Position numbers and translations under genes: made by a program. A DNA stretch of 64,000 bases from Hydrolagus colliei (Eukaryota), in assembly GCA_035084275.1 (NCBI GenBank), contig CM068742.1, forward strand, positions 31,930,001 to 31,994,000, given 5' to 3'. Shown here piece by piece: positions 60,621 through 64,000 of the stretch (positions are counted from its first letter, which is position 1; each line of letters starts with the position of its first letter). Under the pieces are notes generated by a model. That model made no database searches, was not told the DNA's origin, and saw nothing but the letters and a program-made list of their open reading frames with translations.

Positions 60621-61576
60621 GATCCATTGAACTGGCAAACAACTAACAACAACAACAACAACAAAATTGCACTTATATAGCGCCTTTCACATTGGGAGGA
60701 CGTCGCAAGATACCTTTAGACAGAAAGAGGATCCATGGGTTGTACTTGTATTGAAATGGTGTGAGTGTGTGTGTGTGGCTTAAAAGTACTTTTGCTGCAA
60801 ACAGAGTAAAACTGTGAGAGCAGTAACAGCACTAATCAAACTGTAAGCTGTAATACCATACAATAATCCACATTGGTTTACAGCATTCTCCCTGGCGAGT
60901 GCTCCAGAACCTAAACGTAATGTGTAATGTGAGATCCCTCGGCCACTTTCATCTATCTGTCTTTCAGGATTATGCTGTTCACACGCCGCAAATTTAAGTA
61001 AGATGTTAACTCTGTAACAAGCGACATTGTACAGTGGCACGATGAAGCAATCAATCATTTAAAAATTTAATTAGGCTTTAAATGTCCCATTGTCTCATTT
61101 TTGCAAGGCTTTATTTCTTGAACATAGCCCATTGGAACAAACTCAAGAAAGCTTTAATAATAATAACACCCCCCACTTTGATATTTTGCCATTCATATCA
61201 GGAGGATGTCTCAAAGGGCTTCTTGGGATTTACTGTAAAGTGGTGGCTGTGTGCTTTGCAGATGAACTATATTTATATTTATGAAATGGGAAAGATTGAA
61301 TCACAAAAAGGATTATATTTTCAAACTGTGAAAAGATGAAATGGTGTTAGAGGAATTGAGACAAAATATTTGAAAGGAACTGATATAAAGTACTAAAAGA
61401 AAAGCAAATTTCCTGTTTACCTCTCAAAAATGTCAGGGTGGAAATAGAATTCTAATCAATCTGTATATTGGTTTCAGTATAAAACAATGGATGTAAACAG
61501 AAAAAACAATAAATGATGGAGCTGAATGCAAACTACAGTCCATTAGCTATATTGGAATCTATTTTTTGATTTAAGA

Positions 61577-61862
61577 ATAATAACAATAATCCTTGGATTT
61601 GATATAGCCCTTTTCACATCTTCTAGATGTCTCAAAGCACCACCGAATAAACTGTATATTTGTGGGCGAAATGCAGCCAATTGCGCACAGTAGTGTCCCA
61701 CAAACTGTCGTGGATTGAAGTGACAAATTTATTATTGTTTGTTTTTAGGGATTGTTATCAGGTGTGTGGAGTAAACCTTGCCCAAGGTTTCGCCCTGCCC
61801 GGAATTATTCCTAGATCTCTCATTGCAAGGGCAGTCCTCTAATTACTGAGTTACAGGACTCC
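61577..61862 (-). mobile_element. tRNA-derived SINE
   Basis: AATAATCCTTGGATTTGATATAGC ... CTCTAATTACTGAGTTACAGGACTCC. Confidence 0.8.
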
Positions 61863-61909
61863 TCATTGCTATCTGTGCTGATGATTGATTGTGCTAATGT
61901 CTCACCAGG

Positions 61910-62405
61910 TCTGACCATGCTCTACTGGCTCCCCATCATCAAATGGATCAACCTCAAGATACTCCCACTTGTATTCAAATCTTTTCACTCTCTGGTACCT
62001 CCCTCCCTCTCCAACCTCCTCACTCTCCGAAACCACCACCTGGCACCTCCGGTTGGCTTGCATCTGCCTCCTGCTCATCTGTTACACCCTCCGCCCCACC
62101 ATCAGAGGTCATGCTTTCAGTCACTATTCCCCGATACTCTGGAACACTCTCCCTGAATCCTTCTGCCTTGTCCCCACCTCTCTCCCCCTTTTCAAGTCCT
62201 GTCTCTTCAACCATGCTTATGGTGATCTTCCCGTCTCCCTCCCTACCTCCCTCCCAAGAAAAGTCAAAAAGACTTTTCTTTTTGACCACGCTTTTTGTCA
62301 CCTTTTCCCTCTTCCCACTGGCTCGGCCCCAGGATTCGTTATTGTGAAGCACTCTGAGAGGCTGTCTGGTGCAGAGAATGCTATATAAATCTAACTTGTT
62401 GTTCT
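61910..62405 (+). mobile_element. Old L2 LINE 3' fragment
   Basis: LYWLPIIKWINLKILPLVFKS and PILWNTLP..LFKSCLFNHAY remnants; GCTATATAAATCTAACTTGTTG tail. Confidence 0.75.
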
Positions 62406-64000
62406 TGTTTAATTATAAGAGCCCTTAAATAAGTCCTAATAATAATTCTTGCATTTCATATATTGTCGTATCACTTCAAAACATCTCAAAGTGCTTGAGT
62501 AATTACTGTTAAGCGTAGTGACTGTATATTTGCAGTGAACACAGGGGAGTAATGAATGTCAGGATGGAAGTGACAATTAACATACTGCAACTTTTCAACG
62601 TACAAATAGCCAGAAGGTAAATGACGAATAATTTAATTGGAGTATCATTGGCCAGGACACCAAGAAAACCTATATTCAGTAAAGTGCTTTGAGATGTCTT
62701 GAAGATGTGATAAAGCACTGTATCAAATGCAAGGATTATTATTACTGTATATAGCTATATAAATATTTACTTCAGCAGCTTTACTAACTTAAATAGACAA
62801 CGACTGTCTCCTTGGCTTTCACTGTCATCTTTGAGGAAATTCAGGGCCTTCTGAAAGCAGTGTTTCTGCGAATAATGTGGAGAATTGTGAATGGAAACAT
62901 TCATTCCATGGAACTAGAATCCAAAACATGGAGATTTTCCAATGGGATTCTATAATAAAGATTCCATGATACATTTAGAGACCCCGTTTGGAAATCAGAA
63001 ATAATTCTGGCAAATAAGCACTATGAGACTCTAACCATTGTGAATATGGTGCTATATAAATACAAGTACAATAGTTGTATTTGTCAGGCCCACAATAAAT
63101 GCTCTAGAAGTAAATTAAGTTGCATACAGAAGGAGAAAGAAATGTAGGGGTGTGAGAGAGGGGAATAGGAGGGTTTACACAGAGTAAGCACCAGTGGGGA
63201 CTAATTAAGCCAAGCAGCTTGTTTCCTTGCTGTAGTGTTTATATAATTCTATGCTGGATCAGAGTTCTCCAGGTCAATATGACAGACAGTACTTCCAGTT
63301 AACATCTAATTATTGGAAACATTCCCTGTTTTTGATTGGAATGCCTACGATGGAATCCTGCTATAATATTGTTGTATGTTAGACCCCACCACATATTGAA
63401 ACCCCAGCGTACTTTGCCAGTGCACTGTTATCTGTGCTCCTTCAAGCTCATAAAATAATAAGACATGTCTCAAATACAAGTCTGCATCTGTGTGTGGCTC
63501 ACTGCACTAGGAAGCTGTTGTAAGCATCGTTAGCAACAATGGGACTGTGTCTGGCACCCTGGGTAACATTGCAAATTGATATGAAACATTAGCTTTTTAA
63601 TTTTAACAGCCAATAGTTTTAAGGTGTTGCAGCGACAACCGAGTAACAATTTATTTATGTGTGGCTTCCAATGACAGGACAATAAATATTGAATGAAGAA
63701 CGGCTATCAATTTTTCAGAGATCATGCAACATTTACGTAATTACTTCAATGAAGCAGATCGTATGCTTTCTTTATGCAGGTTATTTTCTGTTAATAGGTC
63801 ATACTGCACATTAGTGCTTTACAGCTTCATTACAGAGAATTTAAGACTTATTGGATTCCAAATGTTCTCATGATCACTTACAAACTATAAAGTCTTAAAC
63901 AACCCTTTTTTGCACCAAGTGTTCAATTTAGAAACAGTTTTAAGGTTTTATAAATTCCTTAGGTATATATTTAATTTTTTTGTAAAATTGAGATCATCCA

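Noticed and set aside
62400-64000. 3' end of a neighbouring TMC1 gene
   Set aside because: No recognisable coding exon in this stretch, only repeat fragments and AT-rich sequence.

Overview
Eukaryotic (vertebrate) genomic DNA, not a microbial locus. The repeat content (CR1 with (AATCTATG)n tails, L2 with (TTG)n tails, tRNA/Deu-type SINEs, Penelope-type palindromes) points to a cartilaginous fish, and the short introns suggest a chimaera/elephant-shark-like genome (inference). The window holds two convergent multi-exon genes. On the + strand is a retinaldehyde dehydrogenase, ALDH1A1-like (exons 3-13 of 13, 1782-27081; exons 1-2 lie upstream of the window). On the - strand is a complete 20-coding-exon mechanotransduction channel gene of the TMC1/TMC2 subfamily (59476->34273, about 964-967 aa). 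It is TMC2-like in sequence but sits where mammals have TMC1, so it is probably the tmc2a-type paralogue. All exons were read with splice sites and consistent phases. Most ORF-track entries are repeat-derived or spurious. Notable items: a GC-AG intron and three in-frame tandem acceptors in TMC; unusual substitutions near the TMC pore; two young hAT elements with perfect 8-bp TSDs carrying a C-rich minisatellite; a three-level nested transposon stack; Penelope-type insertions with TSDs and hammerhead-ribozyme remnants, one forming a 63-bp hairpin; a perfect ERE in an ALDH intron; an Atoh1-type E-box cluster upstream of TMC; and an old repeat family I cannot classify. I see no evidence for a wholly new multi-gene system.
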